Source: Elusimicrobiota bacterium (lineage in GTDB: Bacteria; Elusimicrobiota; Elusimicrobia; FEN-1173). Taken from it: a stretch of DNA of 48,477 bases. The notes beneath the pieces were generated by a model. That model saw only the letters and a program-made list of their open reading frames with translations, made no database searches and was not told the DNA's origin. Made by a program: the position numbers and the translations under genes. Positions 27,093 through 36,214 of this stretch are shown here, in pieces (within the stretch, counting starts at the first letter, position 1; every line of letters starts with the position of its first letter). Location: positions 1 through 48,477 of the forward strand of contig JBQTIM010000085.1 of the NCBI GenBank assembly GCA_052388135.1, written 5' to 3'.

Positions 27093-28180
27093 AGGAGCTC
27101 CTTGTAGACGGCGGCGATCTGCTCCATGTGGCGGTCCCAGGAATACTTTTCCGCCGTGCGGCGGCAGGCCTCCGGCGCGGGCCGCTCCTCGAGCACCCGC
27201 GCGAGGGCGTCCTCCAACTCGCCGGGATCTTGCAAGTCGTCGAAGACGCGGCCGTCCGTTCCGTCGGTGAGAATTTCGGCGGCGCCGCAGCGGCGGCTCA
27301 CCACGGCGGGACAACCGGCGGCCAGGGCCTCCAAAACCGTCAGGCCGAATTCCTCGTAATGCGCCGGAAGCGCCAGGACGTCGGCGGCGGCGAAAAACTC
27401 CTCCACCCGGGGCGTGGGAGGCGCGTGAAACAGCTTTCCCCTGTCACGCAGGCGCCGCGCGGCCGCGTCCTTCTCCCAAGGGGCGTTTCCGACAAGGCAG
27501 AGGGCGGCCGGCCGTTTGGCCGCGAGGTTTTCCACGGCCCGCGTCAGGAGCGGAAAATTTCGCTTGGCCGGATCGCCCGACAAAACGCACAGGACGATCT
27601 CGGTCTCGGCCGGCCAGCCGGCCTGCGCCAAAAGGTTCCGCCGCGCTTCCGGCCGTCCTCCCGGATGGAACCGGTCCGTGTCGATGCCGTAATAAATCCG
27701 GCGGATCTTTTCGGGCGGGACGCCGTAGAAGCGGGACACGTCCCCGCGCACCATGTCGGAGTTGGCGATGATCACGCGGCTGCCTTCCTGGGAAAATTGC
27801 CGGCGGCGGATGTAGTCCACTCCCGGCGACGGCCGCCTGCCGTCGGGAACGTAAAGGGCGGCGGCCGCGTCGCAGTTGTTCACGGTCAGCACGTCTTGGC
27901 GCGTGAGGTCCCCCTGGCCGTGCACGAGACGGGCCCCCAGCCGGCGCAACCGGCGGCGGGCAAGGAGGTCGAAGCCGGCCGCCCGGGTCCAGGACGTGAG
28001 AGATAGCATGGGGATGCGCTCCTCCTTTAAAGCGGTTGGGAAGCCGGCGCCGGGCCATCGATGGGCCGCCAGCAAGGGCAGGAAACCGCGCGACGGAAGC
28101 CGTTCGGCCAGCCCCGCCACGTAGCGGCTCACGCCGGTGAGGCCGGAGAAGTTGCGAAGGGCGAAACCGACGGAAATCAT
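27089..28180 (-). CDS. glycosyltransferase family 4 (GT-B)
   Basis: C-terminal EEFGLTVLEALAAGCPAVVS motif (E-x7-E type), about 360 aa, ATG start. Confidence 0.8.
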   Translation of the reverse strand: MISVGFALRNFSGLTGVSRYVAGLAERLPSRGFLPLLAAHRWPGAGFPTALKEERIPMLSLTSWTRAAGFDLLARRRLRRLGARLVHGQGDLTRQDVLTVNNCDAAAALYVPDGRRPSPGVDYIRRRQFSQEGSRVIIANSDMVRGDVSRFYGVPPEKIRRIYYGIDTDRFHPGGRPEARRNLLAQAGWPAETEIVLCVLSGDPAKRNFPLLTRAVENLAAKRPAALCLVGNAPWEKDAAARRLRDRGKLFHAPPTPRVEEFFAAADVLALPAHYEEFGLTVLEALAAGCPAVVSRRCGAAEILTDGTDGRVFDDLQDPGELEDALARVLEERPAPEACRRTAEKYSWDRHMEQIAAVYKELL

Positions 28181-28265
28181 GGGCGCCGGGAAGAAAGACC
28201 CGGGCAGAGGCCGGTCATATCTTTCCGCGCGGCGGAGCTGCGGCCTATCTTCGGACCGCCGCCGG

Positions 28266-29135
28266 TCATTTCCATCGGTCGTGTATCCAAAGCCACAGAG
28301 GCGGGTTTTCGCGCACCCAGGATTCCACCACGGCGTTCATGCGGGCGGTGGCCTCGGCGATGTCCGACTCCTTGGCCGACAGGCCGGAAAAATCCATGGC
28401 GGGATCCACGCGCAGGCGCAGACGGCCGTCCTCGCGCCAGACGTGAACCGGATGCACGGGGACGTTCTGCCGAAGGGCCAACAGGGCGGGAAGCCCGGTG
28501 GTGTGGGCGGGGCGGCCGAAAAACGGCGTCCGCAGTCCGCCGTCGGTGATTCTCTGGTCGATCAGAAGGCCCAGGACGTTCCCCTGCTTCAGCCAGCGCA
28601 TGGACTCCCGCACGGCGTTCTTGTGGAGGAACACCTTCACGTTGAAATGCGCCCGCACGCGGTTGATGAACGCGTCCACGTAGGGATTTTTGATGCGCCG
28701 CGCGATGACGGCGAGAGGGAAGCCGGAGAAAACGACGAACTGGGTGGTGAGCTCCCAATTCGTGTAATGGGCGGTGAACAGGATCACGCCTTTGCCGGCG
28801 GCGTGGGAGGCGCGGAGGCGCTCCAGGCCTTCCACCCGGACGAGGCGGAAATAGTCTTCCGGCGAAAGGGCGGGGATGCGCGTGAACTCCCACAGGGCCT
28901 CTCCGAGGTTGGCCCAGCATTCCCCCACCCACCGCCGGATGGTGCGCTTGTCTTCCTGAGGAAAGGCCGCGCGCAGGTTCTCCTCCGCCCGGCGCGAGCG
29001 CGAGGCCACCACGCGCCCCGCCAGCCTTCCCACGGCGCGGCCGGGCAGGGCGGAGGGGCTGGCTTTGAGGGCCTCGAAAAGCCCCCGGGCCGCCAGGTAT
29101 TCTAGGAGATAATAGAATCTATTCTTATCGGCCAT
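28266..29135 (-). CDS. lpxL: lipid A late acyltransferase, LpxL/HtrB family
   Basis: FTAHYTNWEL (the H-x4-E/D-like acyltransferase motif), IDQR, and a C-terminal P.QWLW.H.RWK-like ending (PPLWLWIHDRWK). ATG 29133-29135 overlaps the lpxK end by 34 nt. Confidence 0.8.
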   Translation of the reverse strand: MADKNRFYYLLEYLAARGLFEALKASPSALPGRAVGRLAGRVVASRSRRAEENLRAAFPQEDKRTIRRWVGECWANLGEALWEFTRIPALSPEDYFRLVRVEGLERLRASHAAGKGVILFTAHYTNWELTTQFVVFSGFPLAVIARRIKNPYVDAFINRVRAHFNVKVFLHKNAVRESMRWLKQGNVLGLLIDQRITDGGLRTPFFGRPAHTTGLPALLALRQNVPVHPVHVWREDGRLRLRVDPAMDFSGLSAKESDIAEATARMNAVVESWVRENPPLWLWIHDRWK

Positions 29136-30163
29136 CGGTCGTCGGAAGCATCGGGGATCCAGCGCAGGCGCGCCGTCACGCAGGGGAAATCGGGCGGCAG
29201 TTTCTGAAAATCTTTTTCCGTGACGACGACGGCGCGGCCTTCGGCTTCCGCCCGCCGGCGCGCGCCGCGGAGGTCGCGGTCGCTGAAAAAGTGATGGTCG
29301 GGAAAGCGGCATGGCGCGACGTCCGCGCCCAAATTTCCGAGTGCGGCCTCGAAAGATTCGGGCTTGGCCAGGGCCGACAAAGCCAAAAGAGGGCGATCCT
29401 TCATTCTCTCCCGGGAAATTTCCACGGTCCCTTCGAAAAAGCTGAGCTCGTAGCGGACGGGAACGCAGGGCGTGCCGGGCGCGAGGCGGGACACCTCCTC
29501 CGTCAGAGCGTCCAGCCTTTCCTTCGGGCACAGGTTTGATTTCGTGAGGAAGATGATCCCCGCGCGCCCAAGGCCCTCCAGGTTTTCCCGCCAGGGGCCG
29601 GCGGGCAGGAGCGGGCCGCCCAAAGGCTCGAGGGCGTCGAGGCAAAGGAGGTTCAAGTCGCGGTAAAGGCGGAAATGCTGATAGCCGTCGTCCATGACGA
29701 CGCAGTCGGCCCCGAAGGCCTCGCAGGCGTGCCGCGCGGCCAGGGCCCGGTCCGCCGCCGCCAACACGGGAACGCCCGGCAGGCGCCGGGCCATGAGGAG
29801 CGGCTCGTCGCCGGCGGCCCGCGCGTCGGAAAGAACGCGCTCCCCGTCCCCGACGACGGTCAAGGCGTCCTCGCTCCGCCGGCCGTAGCCCCGCGTCACC
29901 ACGGCGGGCCGGCGGCCTTTGGCGCGCAAACGCTCGGCCAGCCAGACGACGCCCGGCGTTTTCCCCGCCCCGCCGGCCGAGAGGCCGCCGACGCAGAAAA
30001 CGGGGACCGGGAGGCGGACGGTCTCCAAATAGCCGCGGGAGTAAGCGGCGCGCCGCAGGCCGGCCGCCGCTCCGTAAAGCCGGGAGGGAGCCCAGAAAAC
30101 GGCCCGCCAAATTGTTTGAAGCGGGGGCCGGTCGGGCGGAAAGCGGAGCGCGGCGGCCGTCAT
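29102..30163 (-). CDS. lpxK: tetraacyldisaccharide 4'-kinase
   Basis: P-loop VGGLSAGGAGKTP, TRGYGR, DDGYQH, and PDHH. ATG 30161-30163 overlaps the upstream stop (ATGA). Confidence 0.9.
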   Translation of the reverse strand: MTAAALRFPPDRPPLQTIWRAVFWAPSRLYGAAAGLRRAAYSRGYLETVRLPVPVFCVGGLSAGGAGKTPGVVWLAERLRAKGRRPAVVTRGYGRRSEDALTVVGDGERVLSDARAAGDEPLLMARRLPGVPVLAAADRALAARHACEAFGADCVVMDDGYQHFRLYRDLNLLCLDALEPLGGPLLPAGPWRENLEGLGRAGIIFLTKSNLCPKERLDALTEEVSRLAPGTPCVPVRYELSFFEGTVEISRERMKDRPLLALSALAKPESFEAALGNLGADVAPCRFPDHHFFSDRDLRGARRRAEAEGRAVVVTEKDFQKLPPDFPCVTARLRWIPDASDDRWPIRIDSIIS

Positions 30164-31290
30164 GCCGTCCGGTCCGCGCGCGGGGGTTTTGATTTCAAAT
30201 TCTGGTTTCGCAGGACGGCTTCCACTTCCTCCGCGACTCGCTCCGGAGACACCCACTCCATGCACTCGTGGTCGTAGGGGCAGCGGTCGAGGTTGCAGCC
30301 CACGCAACTCAGTCCCTGAGCCTGCACCCAGCGGTGCGGAGGCACGCGGGGATTCCAGGATTCGGGCCAGGTGGGGCCGTAAATCGTGACCGTGGGCGCC
30401 CCGGCGGCCACGGCCAGGTGCATGGCGCCCGAGTCGTTGGTCACCACAACGTCGCAGCGGGCCAAAAGGGAGGCCGCTTGGCGGAGGTTGGAGGGAGGAA
30501 TGACGAAAACCCGTTCGCGGAAAGGCGCCGCCAACTCCCGCACGGAGCTTTCCTCGCCGGGCCCGTGGAACAAGACCAAGGCGCGGTCGGGCGCGGCGAG
30601 CAGAGACGCCATGAGGCGGGAAAATTTCTCCGCGGGCCATTGCCGGATCTCGTGGCGGTGCCTGGGGACCAGGCCCACCCTTTCGGAAAAGCGGTCCAGT
30701 TTTTGGGCGCGCCACCAATCCTGCGCGCCGGCGAAATCTTCCGGCGTCAGGGCGATGCGGGGAGCGCGGAAAGGCGGCGGTTGGAGGCCCAGCGATCTCA
30801 GGAGATCGAACTTGCTTTGGACGGCGTACTTCGGCGAGGCGGGCCTGTCGGTGCGCCGGTTGTAGGCCAAATCCCAGAAGGGAACGCGGAACCCGGCGCG
30901 GACCGCGGCTCCGCTGGCGAGGGCGACCTGGGCCGTGCGGGGATTGTTCATAAAATCCAAAACCCAGTCGTAGCGGCGGCGCCGGATGTCCAACAGCCGG
31001 CGCAGAAATTTCGTTTTGTCCAGCCTCAGGACCTCGTCCAGGCCTGGATATTTCTCCAGCACGGGAGCGGCCGCCTCCTCCACCAGAAAATCGATCCGGG
31101 CCGCGGGGAAAGCCTCGCGCAGGGCGTCGATCACGGGAGTCGTCACCACCACGTCTCCGATGCGGCGGAGCTGAATGACGAGGATTCGGCGCGGCGGCGC
31201 GGAGACCGGCTGTCCCGGAACGCCGGCCCGCCCGCGCGGGCGGGGGTTCGGCCCGACGTCTTTCCCTTCGGAAACCTTCGCTCCTCTCAA
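30160..31290 (-). CDS. glycosyltransferase family 9 (LPS heptosyltransferase)
   Basis: RILVIQLRRIGDVVVTTP, and NDSGAMHLAVAAGAPTVTIYGPT. Unusual Cys-rich C-terminus CVGCNLDRCPYDHECM. Start proposed at TTG 31288-31290 (TTGA overlap with the upstream stop) because no ATG or GTG precedes the conserved N-terminus. Confidence 0.75.
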   Translation of the reverse strand: MRGAKVSEGKDVGPNPRPRGRAGVPGQPVSAPPRRILVIQLRRIGDVVVTTPVIDALREAFPAARIDFLVEEAAAPVLEKYPGLDEVLRLDKTKFLRRLLDIRRRRYDWVLDFMNNPRTAQVALASGAAVRAGFRVPFWDLAYNRRTDRPASPKYAVQSKFDLLRSLGLQPPPFRAPRIALTPEDFAGAQDWWRAQKLDRFSERVGLVPRHRHEIRQWPAEKFSRLMASLLAAPDRALVLFHGPGEESSVRELAAPFRERVFVIPPSNLRQAASLLARCDVVVTNDSGAMHLAVAAGAPTVTIYGPTWPESWNPRVPPHRWVQAQGLSCVGCNLDRCPYDHECMEWVSPERVAEEVEAVLRNQNLKSKPPRADRTA

Positions 31291-32090
31291 AATCGGGACT
31301 TCCCCCGGGTCATGTGGAGATGGAAGTCCAGGGCGGTGTCGTCGCCCCGCACGAAGATGCGGTTGAGGCAGAACGGGTTGCCCGACAGGTCGGCCTTGCC
31401 TTGGTGTACGGACACCGCCCAGCGGTAGCCGGCCTCCCGCGCGAGGTCCTGGAGGCGGGGCTCGTCGGCCCCGTCGCCGTAGGGGTAGGCGAAGGAGACG
31501 GGCTCGTAGCCCAGCTTTTCGGACAAGGCGCGGCGGCTTTCCTGAATTTCCCGGCGGGCCGTGTCGTGGTCCACCCGGGACAGCTTCACGTGGTTCAGGG
31601 TGTGGGAGCCGAACTCCACGCCGCCGGCCTTCAGTTCCTCGATCTCGCGCCACGACAGCATGGGCACGCGGGCCTCGCCGGCGGGATCGTGCCAGGCGTT
31701 CTCCCCCTCCAGCGTGTTGAAGACCAGAAAGACCACCGCCTCGAAGCCGAATTCCTTGAGGATGGGGAAGGCGTTCTCGTGATTGTTTTTGTAACCGTCG
31801 TCGAAGGTGATGACCACCGCGGAGTCCGGCACGGCTTCACCCCTGTCCCGCAGTTCCGCCAGCCGCCGAAACGTTATGGGCGAGTGGCCTTTCTCTTTTA
31901 AATAGTGCATCTGTCGACGGAACTGCTCCGGAGAAACCCACAGCTTCTTCAGCTTCGAGCCCGCCGGCGGCGTTCCCACCTTATGGTACATGAGGATGGG
32001 CAATCCTTCGGCCCGCGGCCTCCACCAGTTCCAGCGCGCGGAAAATCCCAGGGCGGCCAGGCCGCCTCCCGCCAAAAGCCAGCTATTCAT
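31287..32090 (-). CDS. polysaccharide deacetylase (CE4/NodB homology domain), membrane-anchored
   Basis: N-terminal TM helix, then ITFDDGY, FGSHTLNH and AYPYG motifs. Confidence 0.85.
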   Translation of the reverse strand: MNSWLLAGGGLAALGFSARWNWWRPRAEGLPILMYHKVGTPPAGSKLKKLWVSPEQFRRQMHYLKEKGHSPITFRRLAELRDRGEAVPDSAVVITFDDGYKNNHENAFPILKEFGFEAVVFLVFNTLEGENAWHDPAGEARVPMLSWREIEELKAGGVEFGSHTLNHVKLSRVDHDTARREIQESRRALSEKLGYEPVSFAYPYGDGADEPRLQDLAREAGYRWAVSVHQGKADLSGNPFCLNRIFVRGDDTALDFHLHMTRGKSRF

Positions 32091-32847
32091 CCGACGTCCC
32101 CCTTTCCCAATCCACCAGCCGCGCGTGCTTGAGCCAGGCGTAATAGGCGCTCAAGGCGGCGTAAGCGAAACCCGGCGAACCGTCCAAAAATCCCAGCTTC
32201 GCGACGTAGCGGACGAAAAATTCCCAAGGCAGGCGCAGGTGCTGCCAGGGATGAAATCGCTTTCCCTGGGCGAACTTGCGCCGGGCGATGGCGGCCGTGT
32301 AGCGGCGGCATTTCTCCAAATGTTCGCCGAAGTTCCGGTAGCTCTCGTGCCGCACGGCCGCCCGAAGGTTGCCGACGGTTCCCTCCACGCGGAGGCCCTC
32401 GTGCACCATGTCCGGCTCGAAGCGGGCGCGGCCGCGGCGGAAAAGGCGGATGTGGCTTTCCCGGAAACAGCCGCCGAAGCGCAGGCGCCGGCCCATGAAA
32501 AAAACCTGGAACGGCATGCGGAACGCGTCCTCCCGGGGCGGCGGGCCCGCCAGCAAGCCCCGTATTTCCGACGCCAACTCGGGCGTCGCGCGCTCGTCGG
32601 CGTCCAGGCTGAGGACCCACTCCCCCGCCGCGCGCTCCACGGCGAACTGCTTTTGGGGGCCGTAGCCGTCGAAGGCGCGCTCCAAGACCTTGGCGCCGCG
32701 CCGCCGGGCGATGTCGAGGGTCCCGTCGCTTGAGCCGCTGTCCACCACCACGACCTCGTCCGCCAAACCTTCCAGGCTGTCCAGGCAGCCGGGGAGGTCG
32801 CGCTCTTCGTTGAGGGTGATGATGACGGCGCTGTGTTTAGAAGTCAT
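32083..32847 (-). CDS. glycosyltransferase family 2 (LPS core type)
   Basis: SAVIITLNEERDL, VVVDSGSSDGT, and LSLDADE (DxD). 8-nt overlap (ATGAATAG) with the downstream gene. Confidence 0.85.
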   Translation of the reverse strand: MTSKHSAVIITLNEERDLPGCLDSLEGLADEVVVVDSGSSDGTLDIARRRGAKVLERAFDGYGPQKQFAVERAAGEWVLSLDADERATPELASEIRGLLAGPPPREDAFRMPFQVFFMGRRLRFGGCFRESHIRLFRRGRARFEPDMVHEGLRVEGTVGNLRAAVRHESYRNFGEHLEKCRRYTAAIARRKFAQGKRFHPWQHLRLPWEFFVRYVAKLGFLDGSPGFAYAALSAYYAWLKHARLVDWERGTSDE

Positions 32848-32848
32848 C

Positions 32849-33046
32849 CGATGACTTGATGACTTCTAGTGTGGTGTCGCATAAGTCTCTTGACTTAATA
32901 GGATGTCATTGCGAGCCGAAGGCGAAGCAATCCCAGGGGTCGCCTGCGTTGAAAAACGATTCTCGGTGCACGGAAAGCTGGGATTGCTTCGTCGCAGACA
33001 ACGCTCCTCGCCATGACATACGTCAAGAAGTGTCAGAGACACTACG
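32849..33046. repeat. long imperfect palindromic element of the GTCATTGCGAG...GAAGCAATC hairpin family
   Basis: 13-bp perfect pair GAAGCAATCCCAG (32924-36) / CTGGGATTGCTTC (32978-90). Flanking pair GTCATTGCGAG (32905-15) / CTCGCCATGAC (33008-18), 10 of 11. Outer CTTGAC/GTCAAG and GTCTCT/AGAGAC pairs. Confidence 0.85.
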
Positions 33047-34153
33047 CTAGGCATCCTGCTTCCCCAATAGATTACGATAAATTTCCTCGTAGCGGTCCGC
33101 CATTCGCGGGACGGTGAACAGGGCCGCGCGGTCCCGGCCGCGCCGCGACCGGCGGTCCGCCTCGGCCGGGTCCTTGAGGACGGCGGCGAGGCTGCGGGCC
33201 AGGGCCTCGTCGTTGCCCGGAGGAAACAGCTCGGGCGCGTCGTCGGCGCCGTAAATTTCCGGGATGCCGCCGGCGCGGGCCGCGGCCGTGGGCGTGCCCA
33301 GGGCCAGCGCGTCGAGCAGGACCGTGCCCAGCCCCTCTTCGACGGAAGACAAGACGAAGGCGTCGGCCAGGGCGATGAAATCCAGGACGTCGGGCCGGTG
33401 GCCCAAGAATTCCACCGTCTCGCCCAGGGCGAGGCCGCGCGCCGTTTTCTCCAGTTCGCCGCGCAAGGGTCCCTCGCCCAGGATGAGGAACCGCGCGCCG
33501 GGCGCTTCGCCGCGGAGACGCCGGGCCGCGCGCAGGAGCGTGGCGTGGTCCTTGTGGGGCACCAGCGCCGCGGCGTTGACCACCAGGGATACCCCCGGGG
33601 GGTATCCTTTCTCCCGGCGCAAACGCTCCCGGTCGGCGCGGGAAGGATAGCCCGAGGCGTCGATTCCGCTGTTCACCACGGCGATTTTCTCGGGCGCCAG
33701 CCCGCTCCGGATCAAGATTTCCCGAACGCGGCCGGAGATCGCGATCACGGCGCCGGCGCGCGAATATTTCCAGCGCGTGAGGGCGTTGTCCCGCAACGGG
33801 AAGTCCACGCGGCGCGTGGCCGCCAGCCGGACGGTCGTTCCGAGAGCGGCCAGGGCTCCGAGGCCGACGGCGTGGCCCGTGTGGGCGTGGAGGATGTCCG
33901 TTCTGGTTTCCCGCAGGCGATTCTTCAAGCGGGAGGCGGCGCAAGGGTCCATCTCGAACCAGGGGCGCACGGAAAAGACGTCCAGGCCCGCGGCGCGGGC
34001 TTCCCTTTCCAGCGGCGATCCGGGGCGGCAGGCGATTTCCCCCTGGTGGCCGCGCCGCGCCAACTCGCGGGCCAGCCACAACGTTTGGCGCTCGCCTCCG
34101 CGCCAGGTCCGCTCGGTGTTCAGGTGGAGGATGCGCAAGGGACCGTCAGCCAT
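33047..34153 (-). CDS. glycosyltransferase family 4
   Basis: LRILHLNTERTWRGGERQ N-terminus and EEGLGTVLLDALALGTP C-terminal motif. Confidence 0.8.
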   Translation of the reverse strand: MADGPLRILHLNTERTWRGGERQTLWLARELARRGHQGEIACRPGSPLEREARAAGLDVFSVRPWFEMDPCAASRLKNRLRETRTDILHAHTGHAVGLGALAALGTTVRLAATRRVDFPLRDNALTRWKYSRAGAVIAISGRVREILIRSGLAPEKIAVVNSGIDASGYPSRADRERLRREKGYPPGVSLVVNAAALVPHKDHATLLRAARRLRGEAPGARFLILGEGPLRGELEKTARGLALGETVEFLGHRPDVLDFIALADAFVLSSVEEGLGTVLLDALALGTPTAAARAGGIPEIYGADDAPELFPPGNDEALARSLAAVLKDPAEADRRSRRGRDRAALFTVPRMADRYEEIYRNLLGKQDA

Positions 34154-35186
34154 GCCGCCGGCTCAAAGCCTTGTCGTAGGCGCGCACGGTGTCCGCGATG
34201 AACTTGTCGGCGCCGAAGCGGCGGGCGGCCTCGTCCCGGGCGCCGCGGCCCATGCGGTCGCGGGCTTCCGGGTCGGCGGCGAGGCGGCCGAGGGCGACGG
34301 CCAGAGCGCCGGCGTCTCCGGCGGGAACGAGATGCCCGGTCACGGTGTCTTCCACGAGTTCCGGGAGGCAGCCCACACGGGAGGCGGCCACCGGGCGGCC
34401 CGCGGCCATCCACTCCAGGCAGACGCGGGACACCGCCTCGCTTCCCGTGGACGGGACGACGCCGATGTGGCAGGAAACCATGAATTCGCTCACGCTCGGC
34501 AAGCGGCCTAGAAATTCAAAACGGGAGGACAGGCCGAGGCGCTCCGCGGCGGTTTGGAGCGCGCGCAGGGGCGTGCCCTTTTCTTCGCCGGCGATGACGA
34601 ACCGCGCGTTGGCTCCGGATTTCTCCAGCCGCGCCGCGGCGTCCAGGAAGACGCCCTGGCCCTTGACGGGGTCCAGGCGGCCGACGAGGGCGATGCGGAC
34701 GGGCCCGGCGGGCGGCGGCGCGAAAGGCGGGACGTCCGTTCCGGGATAAACAGTTTCCAGTCTTTCTTCCAGATCGGGATATCGGGCGCGGAACTGGGCG
34801 GCGATGAAGGCCGAGGCGGCGATGACGGCGTGGGTGCGCCGGTAGACGAAGGCGCGGCCCGCCGAGCGCTTGACCGGCCGGGCGTCGCCGTAGGTGCGGA
34901 CGAGGGCGGCTCCCTTCGCGGCCCAGAGGCCCCAAAAGTGTCCGCGGCCCGTGTGGGCGTTGACCACGTCGAAGCGGCCGCTTCGGGCGGCGCGGCGAAG
35001 CGCCCAAGGCGTCGTCAGCGGCAGGACCGGAAGGCCGCTCGCGGCGGCCGCCCGGAAGGCGTGGCCGTCCGGCCGCGCGGCCACGGCGGATTCGTGGCCT
35101 CGGTCCGCCAAGCCCCGGGCCAAAGCCAGCCCGTAGGCCGTGAGGCCCGAATCCCAGGGCTCGTCGAGAATTTGGAGAATCTTCAC
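34146..35186 (-). CDS. glycosyltransferase family 4
   Basis: (V)KILQILDEPWDSGLTAYGL... and C-terminal GSEAVSRVCLEWMAAGRPVAAS. GTG 35184-35186 overlaps the upstream stop (GTGA). The 794-aa ORF-track extension runs through two upstream genes out of frame. Confidence 0.75.
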   Translation of the reverse strand: MKILQILDEPWDSGLTAYGLALARGLADRGHESAVAARPDGHAFRAAAASGLPVLPLTTPWALRRAARSGRFDVVNAHTGRGHFWGLWAAKGAALVRTYGDARPVKRSAGRAFVYRRTHAVIAASAFIAAQFRARYPDLEERLETVYPGTDVPPFAPPPAGPVRIALVGRLDPVKGQGVFLDAAARLEKSGANARFVIAGEEKGTPLRALQTAAERLGLSSRFEFLGRLPSVSEFMVSCHIGVVPSTGSEAVSRVCLEWMAAGRPVAASRVGCLPELVEDTVTGHLVPAGDAGALAVALGRLAADPEARDRMGRGARDEAARRFGADKFIADTVRAYDKALSRRHG

Positions 35187-36214
35187 GGCGCCGCCTTTTC
35201 GCTCAAAAGCTCCCGCGCCGCATCGATCACGCGGGCGGCCGGAATGTCCTTCATGCAGCGGAAATGTCTTTCGGGACAGCGGCTTCCCCCGTGGAGGCGG
35301 CAGGGCCGGCAGGAAAGGCCGGAGACCTCCAGGGCGCGGGCGCGGTCTCCCGCCGGAAAAAATCCGAAGGCCCGCACCGTCGGGCCGAAAACGGCGGCCA
35401 CGGGCACGGCCTGGGCCGCGGCCGCGTGCATGGCGCCGGAGTCGTTGGTGAGGAGGACGGAGCATCGGCGGATCAGCAGGAGCAGCTCCCGCACGGAGGT
35501 TTTCCCCGCGAAGTTCAGGGCCGGCGCGCGCAGGCGCTCCAGGACGCCGCGGGCGGCGGTCTCGTCGGAGGCGGCGCCCAGGATCAGCACGCGCGCGGAA
35601 AGGTCCCGCGCCAGGGCGTCGGCGGCCTCGGCGAAGCGCTCGGCGGGCCAGCGCTTGGTGGCGTGGGCCGCGCCCGGCGCCACGCCGACCAGCGGGCCTT
35701 CGCCCAGGCGCCGCTTCCATTCCGCCGGCAAGTCCGCGGCCTCGTGCACGCGCAGAGACGGCTCGCGGCGGGCGGGCGAAATCCCCAGCGGTTTCAGCGC
35801 CTCCAAATACCGGTCCGCGACGGAACCGGAGAGGGCGGAGGATTCCTTTTTGAACCACACCAGCCGCCGCCGCGGCCAGGCCCGCTTGTCGTAACGCAAA
35901 CGCCGCGCCGCGCCGGAAAATGCGCCCCACAGGCGCGACCGCGGCGTGTCGTGGAGGTCCAGGTAAACGTCGAAGGCGCGGCGCCGGATTTCCTCCAGCC
36001 ATCCGCGGAAGCCTTTGGATTCGAAGGTCAGGACTTCGTCCACGGCGGGATGCCCGAGGAAAACGTCGGCGTAGCGCTCTTTCACGAGGATGGCGGTGCG
36101 GTAGCCGGCGTCCTTGAGGGCGGCCAGCGCCGGCTCGGCCAGTATGACGTCGCCAAGGGAGGACAGGCGCACCGCCAGAACGCGCGGCGCCGGGGAGGAG
36201 GGACCGCCGCTCAT
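35183..36214 (-). CDS. glycosyltransferase family 9 (LPS heptosyltransferase)
   Basis: RVLAVRLSSLGDVILAEPA, and NDSGAMHAAAAQAVPVAAVFGPT. C-terminal CRPCRLHGGSRCPERHFRC. ATG overlaps the waaA stop (ATGA). Confidence 0.8.
   Translation of the reverse strand: MSGGPSSPAPRVLAVRLSSLGDVILAEPALAALKDAGYRTAILVKERYADVFLGHPAVDEVLTFESKGFRGWLEEIRRRAFDVYLDLHDTPRSRLWGAFSGAARRLRYDKRAWPRRRLVWFKKESSALSGSVADRYLEALKPLGISPARREPSLRVHEAADLPAEWKRRLGEGPLVGVAPGAAHATKRWPAERFAEAADALARDLSARVLILGAASDETAARGVLERLRAPALNFAGKTSVRELLLLIRRCSVLLTNDSGAMHAAAAQAVPVAAVFGPTVRAFGFFPAGDRARALEVSGLSCRPCRLHGGSRCPERHFRCMKDIPAARVIDAARELLSEKAAP

Noticed and set aside
32856-33054. Small ORFs 32856..33050 (+) and 32866..33054 (-) in the GT2/GT4 spacer.
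   Set aside because: They are mirror-image translations of the two arms of a palindromic repeat (HCEPKAKQS / DCFVADNAPRHD-type peptides). Such peptides are a known by-product of this hairpin family, not genes.
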